DNA of 64,000 bases from an uncultured Planctomycetaceae bacterium (GTDB lineage: Bacteria; Planctomycetota; Planctomycetia; Isosphaerales; Isosphaeraceae). The translations under genes and the position numbers were made by a program. Where the stretch lies: NCBI GenBank assembly GCA_963833985.1, contig CAWIAD010000002.1, positions 1,536,001 through 1,600,000 of the forward strand, given 5' to 3'. Each line of letters starts with the position of its first letter. The stretch's first letter is position 1. This document shows positions 1-9,383 of this stretch, in pieces. The notes below the pieces were generated by a model. That model saw only the letters and a list, made by a program, of their open reading frames with translations, had not been told where the DNA came from and made no database searches.

Positions 1-909
1 ACCAACTCGAACAACACGACGGTCCAGGCGAATTTCCTGGGCGCCGGGGCCAACAACGCCACGGTCGTCGCCAACCGCGGCGACGGCTTGCTTGTCTCGG
101 GGACGTCGGCCAATACCCAGGTCGGCGGCGTGATTCCGCTGGGCAACGTCATCGCCGGCAATGCCATGAACGGTATCGAGGTCCGCGACCGGGCCAGCGG
201 CTTCATCTCGTTCAACACCTTCGCCGGTCTCTTCGCCTTCTCGACCTCGGCGCCGAACCGGCGCGACGGCATCCTGATCACGGCCACCGGCGGCAACAAC
301 GTGGTGCGCACGTCGGTCGTCTCGGGCAACCTGGGCAACGGCATCGAGATCGGCGGCTATGCCACGGGAGTGCAGGTGACCGAGACGGCGGTCGGCACGA
401 ACACCGCGATCCAGACCGCCTTGCCCAACGGCGGCGACGGCATCCTCATCACCGGGCACGCCCACAACAACGCCATAGGAGGCTTCCAGCCATCGATCGA
501 GCCCCAGGTGACAGTCTCGGCCAACAACCGTTACGGCATCGAGATCGCCGGCCAGGCACATGACAACGTGATCTTCCACACCCGGATCGGCACCAGCGCA
601 CTGGGCACCGGGAACCTCGGGAATTTGCTGGGCGGCATCACGCTGGGATCCGGAACGTCCGCGACCACCATTGGCGGGTCGTCTTCCGCTCTGCAAAACC
701 TCATCCGCTACAACAGCGGCAACGGCGTGACGCTGCGGTCCTCACGCGTTGCGAGGATCCTCGGCAATAGCATCCTGAACAACCAGAGCTACGGCCTACG
801 CGCCACCGGCAACTGCGCCGGCTCCCTGCTTCAAGGCAACACCATCGCGGGCAACGGAGCCGGCAACGTCAACCTGAGCGGATCGCGGGGGGTTGTCTAC
901 ACCTCGTGA
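1..909 (+). CDS. C-terminal part of a right-handed parallel beta-helix repeat protein (5' end outside window)
   Basis: Frame 1 is open from base 1 to TGA at 907-909. Repeated N-x-I-x-G-N / GN.G.GI.I motifs (NVIAGNAMNGIEV, SVVSGNLGNGIEI, NLIRYNSGNGVTL). Confidence 0.8.
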   Translation, partial: TNSNNTTVQANFLGAGANNATVVANRGDGLLVSGTSANTQVGGVIPLGNVIAGNAMNGIEVRDRASGFISFNTFAGLFAFSTSAPNRRDGILITATGGNNVVRTSVVSGNLGNGIEIGGYATGVQVTETAVGTNTAIQTALPNGGDGILITGHAHNNAIGGFQPSIEPQVTVSANNRYGIEIAGQAHDNVIFHTRIGTSALGTGNLGNLLGGITLGSGTSATTIGGSSSALQNLIRYNSGNGVTLRSSRVARILGNSILNNQSYGLRATGNCAGSLLQGNTIAGNGAGNVNLSGSRGVVYTS

Positions 910-1008
910 GCAGGCCGGGAAAACCGAGTTCGGCGCTCTCTCGGGCGCCCGACTCCGACCATGCTCGGCCACCGCGTCATTCCCCGGACTACCGCACGAA
1001 GGCCGCCC

Positions 1009-3030
1009 TCATGGTGCCGCCCGCTCCGGCCGCCAGCGGTAGAGCAGGTTCTTGCCCCGGAAATCTTCCTCGACAAGCACCAGGTACTCACCGCTGGACC
1101 GGCGGAACGCCTGCACCGCGTAGGGCATGTCGAGCCAGCCAGCGTTGCCCCCGACGGCGGGGCCAGGGGCGAAGGCGCCCACGCGGCTGCCGTCGGAAGT
1201 CCGCAGCACGTGCACGAGCTGCTTGCCGCCGGTGGGCTTCACCATGCCAAGGAACATGTAGTCGCCCGCGACGTCCATCGCTTGCGGCGAAAGCGGGCCC
1301 TCCTTGGCGTCGGCGTTGCCGTCGCGCGGCAGCGACCGGTTGGTCCACACGAGCGTCGCCTTGCCGGCTAGCCAGCCATCGTAGCGCCTGGCTGACGGAC
1401 CGATGACGCCCCAGGTCTCCACCCGCTGGTCTTCCAGGTAGCCCGTAATATAGAGGGAGTCGGTGCGCCTGTCGTACTGCACGCGGCGGATCACCTCCCA
1501 GCCACCCGGCCAGGGCCAGCTCCTGGGCTTCTTCCAGTCGTAGCGCGGCTTGCCATCAGGTTTCCAGCCCTGGAACGGATAGCAGCGAATGGTCTTGCCC
1601 GGGGCGTCGCCGTGCCAGATGCCGCCGTCTTCATCCACGTCCCAGGCCCAGGCTTCGCCTTCCGGGTGGATCCGATCAACCGCGTGAGCGATCTGGCCGT
1701 GCGGCTCGTCGAAGGTGTAGAGACGGTAGCCGCCTGCGTACTGGCCAATCGTGAACAGCAACCGCCTGCCTTCCAGCCGGCGCACCAGGACCGAGCAGCC
1801 ATGCCGCGCACGGTCGTCGTCCGGATCGGTGACATGGTCGAGCGTCACGCCGCGGAGCGACCACTCGCGGCCTGGCTCGGTGCGGTCCAGATCCAGGTGG
1901 AAGATGGCCGTGCGGCCGTACACCACCGTTCCATCGGCCGCCGGATCGAAACCGAACGTGTCCACGAATGCGGTCGACTCGAGTCCCCAGCGCAGCGCTC
2001 CCTGCGCCGAGAACGACCGCAAAAAGCAGTTGCCGTTGGGTCCATTGCCGAAGCTCATCGCCACGTACAGGTTGCCCTGCGCATCGGTGCCGGCGCCGCG
2101 GAGAGCGAAGAGCTTCTTCGGTACCACCTCACCCGGTGTGCCGGCGCGGAGACCGCCCTGCTCTCCGAACGTCGCCACCAGCCGGGGATCATCGGTCACG
2201 TCGAAGACGAGCACCTGCTGGCGGGCACCGTCGTCGCAGATGATGAGGTGGGTGGGATCGCGGTGGTCGAAAGCCAGGGCGGCCGGTCGGTCGAGCTCTG
2301 GAACCGGCTTGCCGAGCTCGCGGCCGTCGATCGAGAAATGCCGTACGGCACGGGCGGCGATGACCCACACGCTGCCATCGTGCGCCACGGCCACGTCCGC
2401 AAGCTCCGGGACAGAGAACTTGCGGTCCACGCTCAGGTCGCCGGCCTTGCGCACCTCGACCGCGTCCTTGTACGCCACGATGACGCTGCCGTTGCCGGCG
2501 GCCAGCCCGACTGCCTCGGCGTCGGTGCCCACCTCGTCAACGTAACGCGCCGAATCGAGATTGCCGGGTGTCCATGCGAAGCGCAGCAGCCGCTTGCCGG
2601 TGTTCGCGATGTAGATCGTGGGGCCGTCCACCGCGATCGCGTTGTTGCCCGTGTTCCAGCCCCAGGCCGTCTCGCGTGTTCCCTCGGGGCTGCGCACCAG
2701 TACTCGGTTCACCTTGCCGTCCTTGTACAGCCCGACGCAACGGCCCGCCTCATCCCAGGCCACTCCCGCGATCACCGTGCCGTCCGGCGTCACCTCGATC
2801 TCGTCAACACCGTTTTGCACCCAGTACCCGAAGCCATTGCCTCCGCCGTCGCCGCCGAACGAGTTGCCCACCCAGCTTGTCGAGACACTGCCCGGCGGTG
2901 GTGCCAGCTCCTCGTCGGCCAGCGGTAGCGCCGCATGAACGTCGAGTGACGGGAGACCAGCCAGGACACCCAACAAGAACGCCCCCGCGATGAACCGCCG
3001 GAGCCGCCATTGTGTCTGTTGGTTTATCAT
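1009..3030 (-). CDS. Secreted NHL/SMP-30-like beta-propeller protein, function unknown
   Basis: 673 aa with an N-terminal signal peptide (RRFIAGAFLLGVLAG...VHA). Propeller-blade-like motifs (DVAVAHDGSVWV, GAGTDAQGNLYVA, WDVDEDGGIW). Confidence 0.7.
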   Translation of the reverse strand: MINQQTQWRLRRFIAGAFLLGVLAGLPSLDVHAALPLADEELAPPPGSVSTSWVGNSFGGDGGGNGFGYWVQNGVDEIEVTPDGTVIAGVAWDEAGRCVGLYKDGKVNRVLVRSPEGTRETAWGWNTGNNAIAVDGPTIYIANTGKRLLRFAWTPGNLDSARYVDEVGTDAEAVGLAAGNGSVIVAYKDAVEVRKAGDLSVDRKFSVPELADVAVAHDGSVWVIAARAVRHFSIDGRELGKPVPELDRPAALAFDHRDPTHLIICDDGARQQVLVFDVTDDPRLVATFGEQGGLRAGTPGEVVPKKLFALRGAGTDAQGNLYVAMSFGNGPNGNCFLRSFSAQGALRWGLESTAFVDTFGFDPAADGTVVYGRTAIFHLDLDRTEPGREWSLRGVTLDHVTDPDDDRARHGCSVLVRRLEGRRLLFTIGQYAGGYRLYTFDEPHGQIAHAVDRIHPEGEAWAWDVDEDGGIWHGDAPGKTIRCYPFQGWKPDGKPRYDWKKPRSWPWPGGWEVIRRVQYDRRTDSLYITGYLEDQRVETWGVIGPSARRYDGWLAGKATLVWTNRSLPRDGNADAKEGPLSPQAMDVAGDYMFLGMVKPTGGKQLVHVLRTSDGSRVGAFAPGPAVGGNAGWLDMPYAVQAFRRSSGEYLVLVEEDFRGKNLLYRWRPERAAP

Positions 3031-3591
3031 TCGACCCCGATCTTCCTTCTTCGATCACGGTACGTACCCGAAGCTTTCGCCAGCAGCCGGCAGCCCATTG
3101 CCCTGGCCGTGGCGCTGCATTCTCATGTACCACAACAACGACGAGACGCGGTCCTGGCCATGCCAGATCGCGTCAAAGTTGTGGCAAGTTGCGACACGCC
3201 GCGTGGCTGGGCCATTGAGTGCTTTCTGTGGCAGCCGCGCAAAACATCGCTCGACGGGGCGCTCCTGGCGCTGGTCCACCCATCCCGGAGTTCGGGGGGC
3301 GCATGGCCCATGGCCACGTGAGCCAGCGCTTGGTTTTCACGGGCGCAGCCGCCAAGCCCGGGAGTGAGCCCGACCAGCATCTCAGGCCGTCGCACAGTTC
3401 GCCACATCCATATCGCGAACTGCTTCCCGCGCCGCGCAACTGCCCGGGTTCGCCAGATGCGGCCTTGAGGTCCTCATGCCGCATCTGGCGAGGATCCATG
3501 GAATGGCGCGGGCGCAGGTGCTACAGCCTGCCCCAATCGACGACGAGTGCGTGCCGCTCCTGGAGACCGGGTCCGGTCCCGCGACGATATT

Positions 3592-4809
3592 TCATCCCAG
3601 CAGCCGGTGCACATCCTTCAATTTGGCGGCGATGTCGATCTCCTGGGAGCAGGACGGCAGGCAGTCGCCGCAGCCGACGCAGGACGTGCCGTTCCGCGTC
3701 AAGGCGGCGTATTCGCTGCGCGCCCGGTCCATGTCGTGATAATCCCGGGCATACCGCTCGTACCGGAAGATGTCTGAAATCCCGATATGTTCGGGGCAAG
3801 CGGTCACGCACTGGGCACACAGGAGGCACGTCAGTCCCTTGTTGTAGCCGGACAACAGACTGAGCGCCGCGTTGTCCTGCGGGCTCATGGCCAGGCTGGC
3901 GGCCGCGCTCACATTCTCCCGGAACTGATCAAAATTCCTCATCTCGATCACCGCCGAGGTGAGGTTCTGATTCGACTGCAACCACTTGACCATCGCCGCG
4001 CCGGGGGTGGTGCCCTGGTACTTCGGATCGGCGAGCAGTTTCTGGAACTTCTGATCGTGCGCGGCACGTCCCACGCCGCCCATCGTCTTCATGGCAATGG
4101 TGCCCATATCTTTCTTGTGTGCCAGGTCGATCAATTCCCCTACCTCCTTGCGGTCGTTGTAGGTGTAGAAGAACTGGGCCGCCTCGTAGGGCTGATGGTC
4201 CGCCAGGTATGAGAGAATCTCCCACGCCATGTCGCCACCGATATTGGGGTAGTGATGCTGGGAAATGGCCAGGTGCTTGACCAGCCCCTCTTTCTTGAGC
4301 CGCTCGAACGCCCGGACCATGCCCGGGTTGTTCTTCGCATCATCCACGGAGTGGTAGCCGAAATGGAACTTGAAGACGTCGTAGTATCCCACGCCCGCTG
4401 CCTGTAAGCGGTTCTTGACGAACTGGTAGTGCTGCTCTTCATCGATCCGGCCGTGCGAATGGTCTCCGCCCACGCGATCCACGACGCATTCGAGGTAATA
4501 CGACTCTCTCGGCAGACGCTTGAGGGCTGGCGGCAGCGTCTCGGCGCTCCACACCTGGGCCTTGTGCCAGTAATTGACTCCGGCGTTCACGGCCCTGGGA
4601 ACGAGTTCCTTCGGCCAGGTGGACGCGCCCACGAGCCAGCCGATCTCGAGCCCGGTGCGCCCGTATCGCCGCTTTGGCAGTTTGTCGGGGGCGGCCTGCT
4701 CCGCCGCCAACACCGGCAGGCTGGCGATGCTTGCCGCGGCCACACCCGTCGCCCCAAGGCGCATCAGGTCCCGGCGAGAAAGGTTCTGCGCGTCATCAGC
4801 CATGGCCAT
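3592..4809 (-). CDS. Tat-signal aldo/keto reductase with C-terminal 4Fe-4S dicluster domain
   Basis: Start placed at 4809 after an AGGGGAGG RBS. SRRDLM twin-arginine motif, LPKRRYGRTG, IAMKTMGG, and C-terminal CLLCAQCVTACP and CVGCGDCLPSC motifs. Confidence 0.85.
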   Translation of the reverse strand: MAMADDAQNLSRRDLMRLGATGVAAASIASLPVLAAEQAAPDKLPKRRYGRTGLEIGWLVGASTWPKELVPRAVNAGVNYWHKAQVWSAETLPPALKRLPRESYYLECVVDRVGGDHSHGRIDEEQHYQFVKNRLQAAGVGYYDVFKFHFGYHSVDDAKNNPGMVRAFERLKKEGLVKHLAISQHHYPNIGGDMAWEILSYLADHQPYEAAQFFYTYNDRKEVGELIDLAHKKDMGTIAMKTMGGVGRAAHDQKFQKLLADPKYQGTTPGAAMVKWLQSNQNLTSAVIEMRNFDQFRENVSAAASLAMSPQDNAALSLLSGYNKGLTCLLCAQCVTACPEHIGISDIFRYERYARDYHDMDRARSEYAALTRNGTSCVGCGDCLPSCSQEIDIAAKLKDVHRLLG

Positions 4810-5654
4810 GGTCCTCCCCTGTTGCCGTTCAGACAATGGAAACCGCCCCTGCCGCTCACTCATCCAGTCTACGGAGCGCCCAGCGCCGGTCAACACCAAG
4901 ACCTGCGCGAGCCCGGGACACAACCTGCCGTAGCCTCGGTGAGAACCTCAGTGACAAGGCCCGGCCGTGCTCCATTGCCCGCTTCAGATCGCCGGCTGCA
5001 ACATTCCGGCTTGCGCCGCAGAATTCACGGAGCCAGGGAGACCGGCGCTTTCACGTTTTAAGTATTATACACATGAACACATTCATATTTTCCACGGAGA
5101 CGCCTCGGCACACCGGCAGGTCGATTTGGGTTCGATTTGCGGATCTGCCATCGAAGCCATCGGATGCTAACCATTTGCCTGATTGAAGTTAACCCTCCAT
5201 TCTCGGTTGGCTTCGCTTTTCGCTTTTCGCTTTTCTTTCTCGGGATGACTCGATGCGGGCCGGAGGTCCCTCGGACCAGCGCACCGCCTGAATACAAAGG
5301 CGGCGCGCTGGTTTGAACCATCGACCGAATTGTCAAAGAGCTTCGGCCAGTGCCGTCTCATTCAGTCTACGATCGGAACGGCGGGCGCTTGCGAGATTCC
5401 TCGCGGTTTGCTCTGTTTGTTTCGGGAAGGCCGGGTCCCTTCTCCATGGGCGTTCCACGCGTCTGCGCTTCTGCTCGATCCACTGTCATCTCGATCGCTC
5501 CGGCGGCGCGGGGGATGGGCTGCCCGGCACTCAGGGCAGAGATCGCGGACCCCGAGCAAGGAACCACGCTCCATGAGTCCCAGGCCGCGGCTTTCCTGCG
5601 GTGCGCCGTCGCTGCGCTCGACTCACGCTACGGCTCTGCTGTTGACGGTGCCGT

Positions 5655-5786
5655 GGAACGTCGGACAATTGTAGAATGCGTCAAGCGCAGCGACGACGCA
5701 CCGATTCACGGCCCCGGCATCCGCCGCAGGGCCCGGGAACATCCGACAATTGTAGGGTGTGTCCCGCGCAGCGACGACGCACCGAT
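5655..5786 (+). repeat. Two degenerate direct copies (81-bp period) of a GTAG-type REP-like hairpin
   Basis: gacaattGTAGaatgcgtcaagcgcagcgacgacgcacc (GTAG at 5671) and gacaattGTAGggtgtgtcccgcgcagcgacgacgcacc (GTAG at 5752). Confidence 0.7.
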
Positions 5787-5976
5787 CCAATCACCGCCCG
5801 ACCGATGGACCACCAAGCTTCGCTGGCTCGGCGATGATCAGAAAAAGCGGACAGTGCCACAGGATTCACTTGACCGGCACCGACGCCGGATTTACCTTCA
5901 GCGCTTGCCCGATGACGCATCTCCTGATCTGAACTCTGTGACTCGTCCGCTCTCGGCTCTTCGTTCAATGATCACG

Positions 5977-6310
5977 ATGACCGACAACGCCGACAACTAC
6001 TTGAGCTCCGGCGGCGGCTACACGTTCATGTGTGACAACGAGGGCAACACGATCGGCGAGCTGCAACTCTCGAGGGGTGACGCGTGGGATATTGAGCTCC
6101 GACGACCGCATCTGCTACCGCATGGTGAGCGCGGTCGAGAAGTGCTCGGGCGGCACGAAGCTGGAGCGGGTGAACTTGACGTTCGGTGCGCCGGGATGCC
6201 CTTACAGCGCCGACGCCTGGAGCGCCGAGACCGCCGGCTGCCTGGCTTGGAATATGGTCTCCGACCGCGGGGACGGCAGCCCCGAGTGAGACGTGAACAG
6301 GAGCATGATC
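5977..6310 (+). pseudogene. Degenerate RHS/YD-repeat protein fragment
   Basis: Frameshifted peptides DNADNYLSSGGGYTFMCDNEGNTIGELQLSRGDAW and YRMVSAVEKCSGGTKLERVNLTFGAPG resemble RHS repeats (YTYTYDNEGN...YDYRNRL...VTYTYDALG). Confidence 0.6.
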
Positions 6311-6361
6311 ACGGCGGCTATTCCAGATCGCCCAATCGTCGTCGGAGAAAAGCAACGTCCC

Positions 6362-7841
6362 GAATGCCACAAGGTTAGTCAGAAGTGCTTCATTGGCAAC
6401 TGTTTGCGGAGTTCGGATCTGGGCCTAGTCATCCGCATGTATTGTTTTGGTCGTCGCTTTACGACTCGGGGCTCGACGCGTCCACGGCGCAATGGGTTGA
6501 TGACGATCCGCGCGGGCTCAGAACCCCCTTCGGACCCGATCAGCCAGCGCACCGCGTCGATCAAGCCGATCCGATCCGGATCAACGCCGCGCATGCGTGC
6601 CGACTCCAGCATGACCGATCTTACCAGGTTATACGCCAGGCTGAAAATCGCCAGCTCTTTGAGAACCCCTTCGACTGTCTCGCAACGCAGAACATCCATC
6701 TTCATGCTAATCTTTATATGACGAAAATTGAGTTCGACTCTCCACCTCTTGTAGTAGAGTTCGGCCAGCTCTGTCGCCGGGTAGGTCGATGCGTCTAACA
6801 GAGTCGTGACCAGCGTGATTTCGCGCACCCGATACCCGGGTGTCTCGACCCGGTACCTCAGCTCGCGCACGGTGATCTCGGAGGGCAGCACCTCGAACTC
6901 ATCCGCCGACATCCACTTCGGATGGGATTTCGATTTAAACCATGTGACAATCTGATCTGCGGTTCCCTGCGCCAACACCCACCGCGAACTCGGCAGACCC
7001 TGCGGCCTGGGGTACGGACCCTTCCTCCTGGCCATCGGACGACCCGGCGTGAAATCGACGATCTGCTGCTGGTGCACGCGGAAAACCGCATGCAGACCGC
7101 GTTGCAGTAATATCGCCAGATGAGCATACGAGCAAAATCCGCGGTCACCGAGCACGATGTCTCCCGGCTCCAGGCCGTCGGAGATCGGGCCAACCTGGGA
7201 CATCTCGTGGGTCCGCAAAGGGGCCGTCCTCGAACGCAGAAGCATGCCGGTGGTGACGTCGAAGAGGGCCAGCCATTTCGCCACCGGGAAGCCACAGCCC
7301 TTGCGTTGACCGCTGGGTTGGCCGAAGTGACGTTGCAGTTCTGGTTGGTCCGGCATGGAGAAGCTGGAGCTGTCGACGACCCAGATTCGGTGCCCGAGCC
7401 ACCGCGCGCCATCCGAAGCAGTCCGCACGGCGGCAGCGGTCCGCTCCACGAGCCAGTCGAAGACGGCCAGCGGAAGCCGCTTTCGCGCCATGCAGTAGGC
7501 GCTGTCGGTGAAGGTCCAAGCGCCGAAGTGCACCACGTGGCGACAGGCCGTGTTGCCATGAAGGACCTGGAGAAGGAACAGATAAATGGTCGTCGCGGGG
7601 TCGAGAACGCGATTCCGCCAGCGGTGTTTCGCCTGGCGGCAGGCTTCTTCGATCGTCTCCCGGGACAATCCCGCGGCGATATCTTGGCGCAGTCGATCGA
7701 GAATAGGGATGATGCGAGGCGGCATGGGTGGGGCTCCCTCCAGCAACTGTGGGTCCTGGTACTTCCCACAGGATGCCCGGAGCCTCACCCATGGCGCAAG
7801 ATCAAATGGCACAATTAGTTAAAATTAACTTCGCGGCATTC
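6362..7841 (-). mobile_element. Complete IS4-family insertion sequence (1480 bp)
   Basis: Imperfect terminal inverted repeats GAATGCCACAAGGTTAGT (from 6362) and GAATGCCGCGAAGTTAAT (reverse complement, ending 7841). Exact 11-bp flanking direct repeat AGCAACGTCCC at 6351-6361 and 7842-7852. Confidence 0.92.
6379..7725 (-). CDS. IS4-family DDE transposase
   Basis: Start placed at 7725 (GAGGGAG RBS). VVDSSSF, LGDRGF, and YYKRWRVELNFRHIK (YREK signature). Confidence 0.93.
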   Translation of the reverse strand: MPPRIIPILDRLRQDIAAGLSRETIEEACRQAKHRWRNRVLDPATTIYLFLLQVLHGNTACRHVVHFGAWTFTDSAYCMARKRLPLAVFDWLVERTAAAVRTASDGARWLGHRIWVVDSSSFSMPDQPELQRHFGQPSGQRKGCGFPVAKWLALFDVTTGMLLRSRTAPLRTHEMSQVGPISDGLEPGDIVLGDRGFCSYAHLAILLQRGLHAVFRVHQQQIVDFTPGRPMARRKGPYPRPQGLPSSRWVLAQGTADQIVTWFKSKSHPKWMSADEFEVLPSEITVRELRYRVETPGYRVREITLVTTLLDASTYPATELAELYYKRWRVELNFRHIKISMKMDVLRCETVEGVLKELAIFSLAYNLVRSVMLESARMRGVDPDRIGLIDAVRWLIGSEGGSEPARIVINPLRRGRVEPRVVKRRPKQYMRMTRPRSELRKQLPMKHF

Positions 7842-7843
7842 AG

Positions 7844-7885
7844 CAACGTCCCCTTCAGGACTTCCAACGTCCCCTTCAGGACTTC
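7844..7885. repeat. Perfect 21-bp tandem duplication
   Basis: CAACGTCCCCTTCAGGACTTC at 7844-7864 and 7865-7885. Confidence 0.95.
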
Positions 7886-7946
7886 TGATTGGGTTAAAGG
7901 TGCCAATCGAGATTGAATGGTCATTGACGATCTGCGTGGGCTAGGT

Positions 7947-8110
7947 GCCGAATAAGGTCGCCTGGTGAAGACGATCTTTATCCTTCGTTAGCTGGAGAGC
8001 GAGCAGCTCCGCAGCCGGATCAACGCCCAGCTCAACAAGGGCGAGTCCTTGCACTCGCTGCGGGAGTTTCTGTTCTTCGTCCACCGGGGTAAGATCCGGC
8101 GGAAGATTCC
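7947..8110 (+). pseudogene. Tn3-family transposase remnant with in-frame stops
   Basis: Translates as AE*GRLVKTIFILR*LESEQLRSRINAQLNKGESLHSLREFLFFVHRGKIRRKI, matching the conserved GRL.KT.F.LRY...R..I..QLNKGE..H.L region of Tn3 TnpA. Confidence 0.85.
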
Positions 8111-8398
8111 GATAAGTGCTTTATTCTCAATGGCTTGCGTCTTGCCTTTTGAAGCTTCCACGTAAGAAATGGTAGCCATTATTTCTTACAAGCTCAAGGC
8201 CCCCAGCGAGCCAGGATGGCTCTTCCGCCGTATCGGAGTTGTGGGCAGGGTTGTAGAAGGCGAGGCTACGGGAGTATACTCGGACGAAACATGTCTCGGT
8301 GCTCGACCGGATTTACCCGCTTGCCCCCGAACCGAAGGCAGGTTGGTCGACCTAAGTGGCTGATATCTATTGAGATGACAGAAACTGGAGCAACCTAC

Positions 8399-8452
8399 TT
8401 GACTTTCCTGATGATGCAAGCTAAGATGTCCTAAGGACATCTTAGCTTGCAT
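8399..8452 (+). promoter_or_regulatory. Sigma70 promoter overlapped by a perfect 19-bp inverted-repeat operator upstream of abiEi
   Basis: TTGACT (8399-8404), 17 nt, TAAGAT (8422-8427). ATGCAAGCTAAGATGTCCT (8414-8432), A, AGGACATCTTAGCTTGCAT (8434-8452). Confidence 0.85.
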
Positions 8453-8466
8453 ATTATTGGGTTTCT

Positions 8467-9372
8467 ATGTGGGTCAAGACTATTTCGTCGCAGGTTCTCC
8501 GAGACTTGGCAGAGAGCCGGAGGAGGATAGTCTCAGATTGGCGGATCCTGATTACCGCAAGACGGCTGTGCCGCGATCAGAATGCGCCGCTACCAAACGA
8601 AGAGAAGGCCTTAGCGGTACGCAGGCATCTTGAGCAGCAGGGGAGCCTAACGTCAGTCGAAGGTGTGACTGGGGTATTCGAAGTCAACGTCCCTTACGCA
8701 AACTTGCTCGAGACCTCGGAGGAGCAGATCGTCCAGGAAGCAAACCCCTGGGCGGTTTTTGGGTTGCTTACCGCGATGGTTTTCAACGGCCTAACCGACC
8801 TCGCTCCCAAGCAAATTCACGTTTTAAACTTCAAGGATGGGGAACACATCACTCGGATTCCTCTCGGGACTAGTCCAGAGGACTGGGCTGACCTCGATTA
8901 CCCCCCAGGAAAGCGGCCAAAGAACATCCGAGGAATCACGGTCCACTGGACGGATCTGCGAAGTGATCTCGATTTTGGCGTGACCATCGGCTACAGCCTC
9001 GGCGTGCCGATCTACGTGACCGATCCCGAGCGGACGCTTCTTGATGCTCTTCGAATGCCCGAAAAGTCGGGCGGGATCGGAAAGGTCTTGCAGGCCTGGC
9101 GACAGGCAGAGAGTCTCAACGTCGAGCGACTGATCGCCTACACGGAGAAATTCCGAATCCAAAACCTTCGCCAGCGAGTGGGTTATATCCTAGAGCAGCT
9201 AGGGCTGAGCCATCCGCAGTTAGAGCAGTGGAAGCATAGACTCCAACGCGGAGGCTCTGTAAAGTTGGTGGCCAGTGAGCCTTACGAGGCAACCTTCTCA
9301 GCGGAGTGGAATCTCTCGCTCAATGTCGCCCCGTCAGTGCTTGCAATTCTAAATGGAACCATCAACGAATAG
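8467..9372 (+). CDS. abiEi: Type IV toxin-antitoxin antitoxin, AbiEi family transcriptional regulator
   Basis: 301 aa with TAMVFNGLTDLAPKQIHV, YVTDPERTLLDALRMPEKSGG, QRVGYILE and EWNLSLN motifs. Directly upstream of an AbiEii-like gene. Confidence 0.85.
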   Translation: MWVKTISSQVLRDLAESRRRIVSDWRILITARRLCRDQNAPLPNEEKALAVRRHLEQQGSLTSVEGVTGVFEVNVPYANLLETSEEQIVQEANPWAVFGLLTAMVFNGLTDLAPKQIHVLNFKDGEHITRIPLGTSPEDWADLDYPPGKRPKNIRGITVHWTDLRSDLDFGVTIGYSLGVPIYVTDPERTLLDALRMPEKSGGIGKVLQAWRQAESLNVERLIAYTEKFRIQNLRQRVGYILEQLGLSHPQLEQWKHRLQRGGSVKLVASEPYEATFSAEWNLSLNVAPSVLAILNGTINE

Positions 9373-9383
9373 GACGGCATAGA

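Noticed and set aside
5212..5232. Three tandem TTCGCTT heptamers
   Set aside because: Real but short, with no associated gene or structure to suggest a function.
5350..6378. 342-aa ORF as a real gene
   Set aside because: It reads through REP-like repeats and an RHS remnant and has no coherent domain or typical codon pattern.
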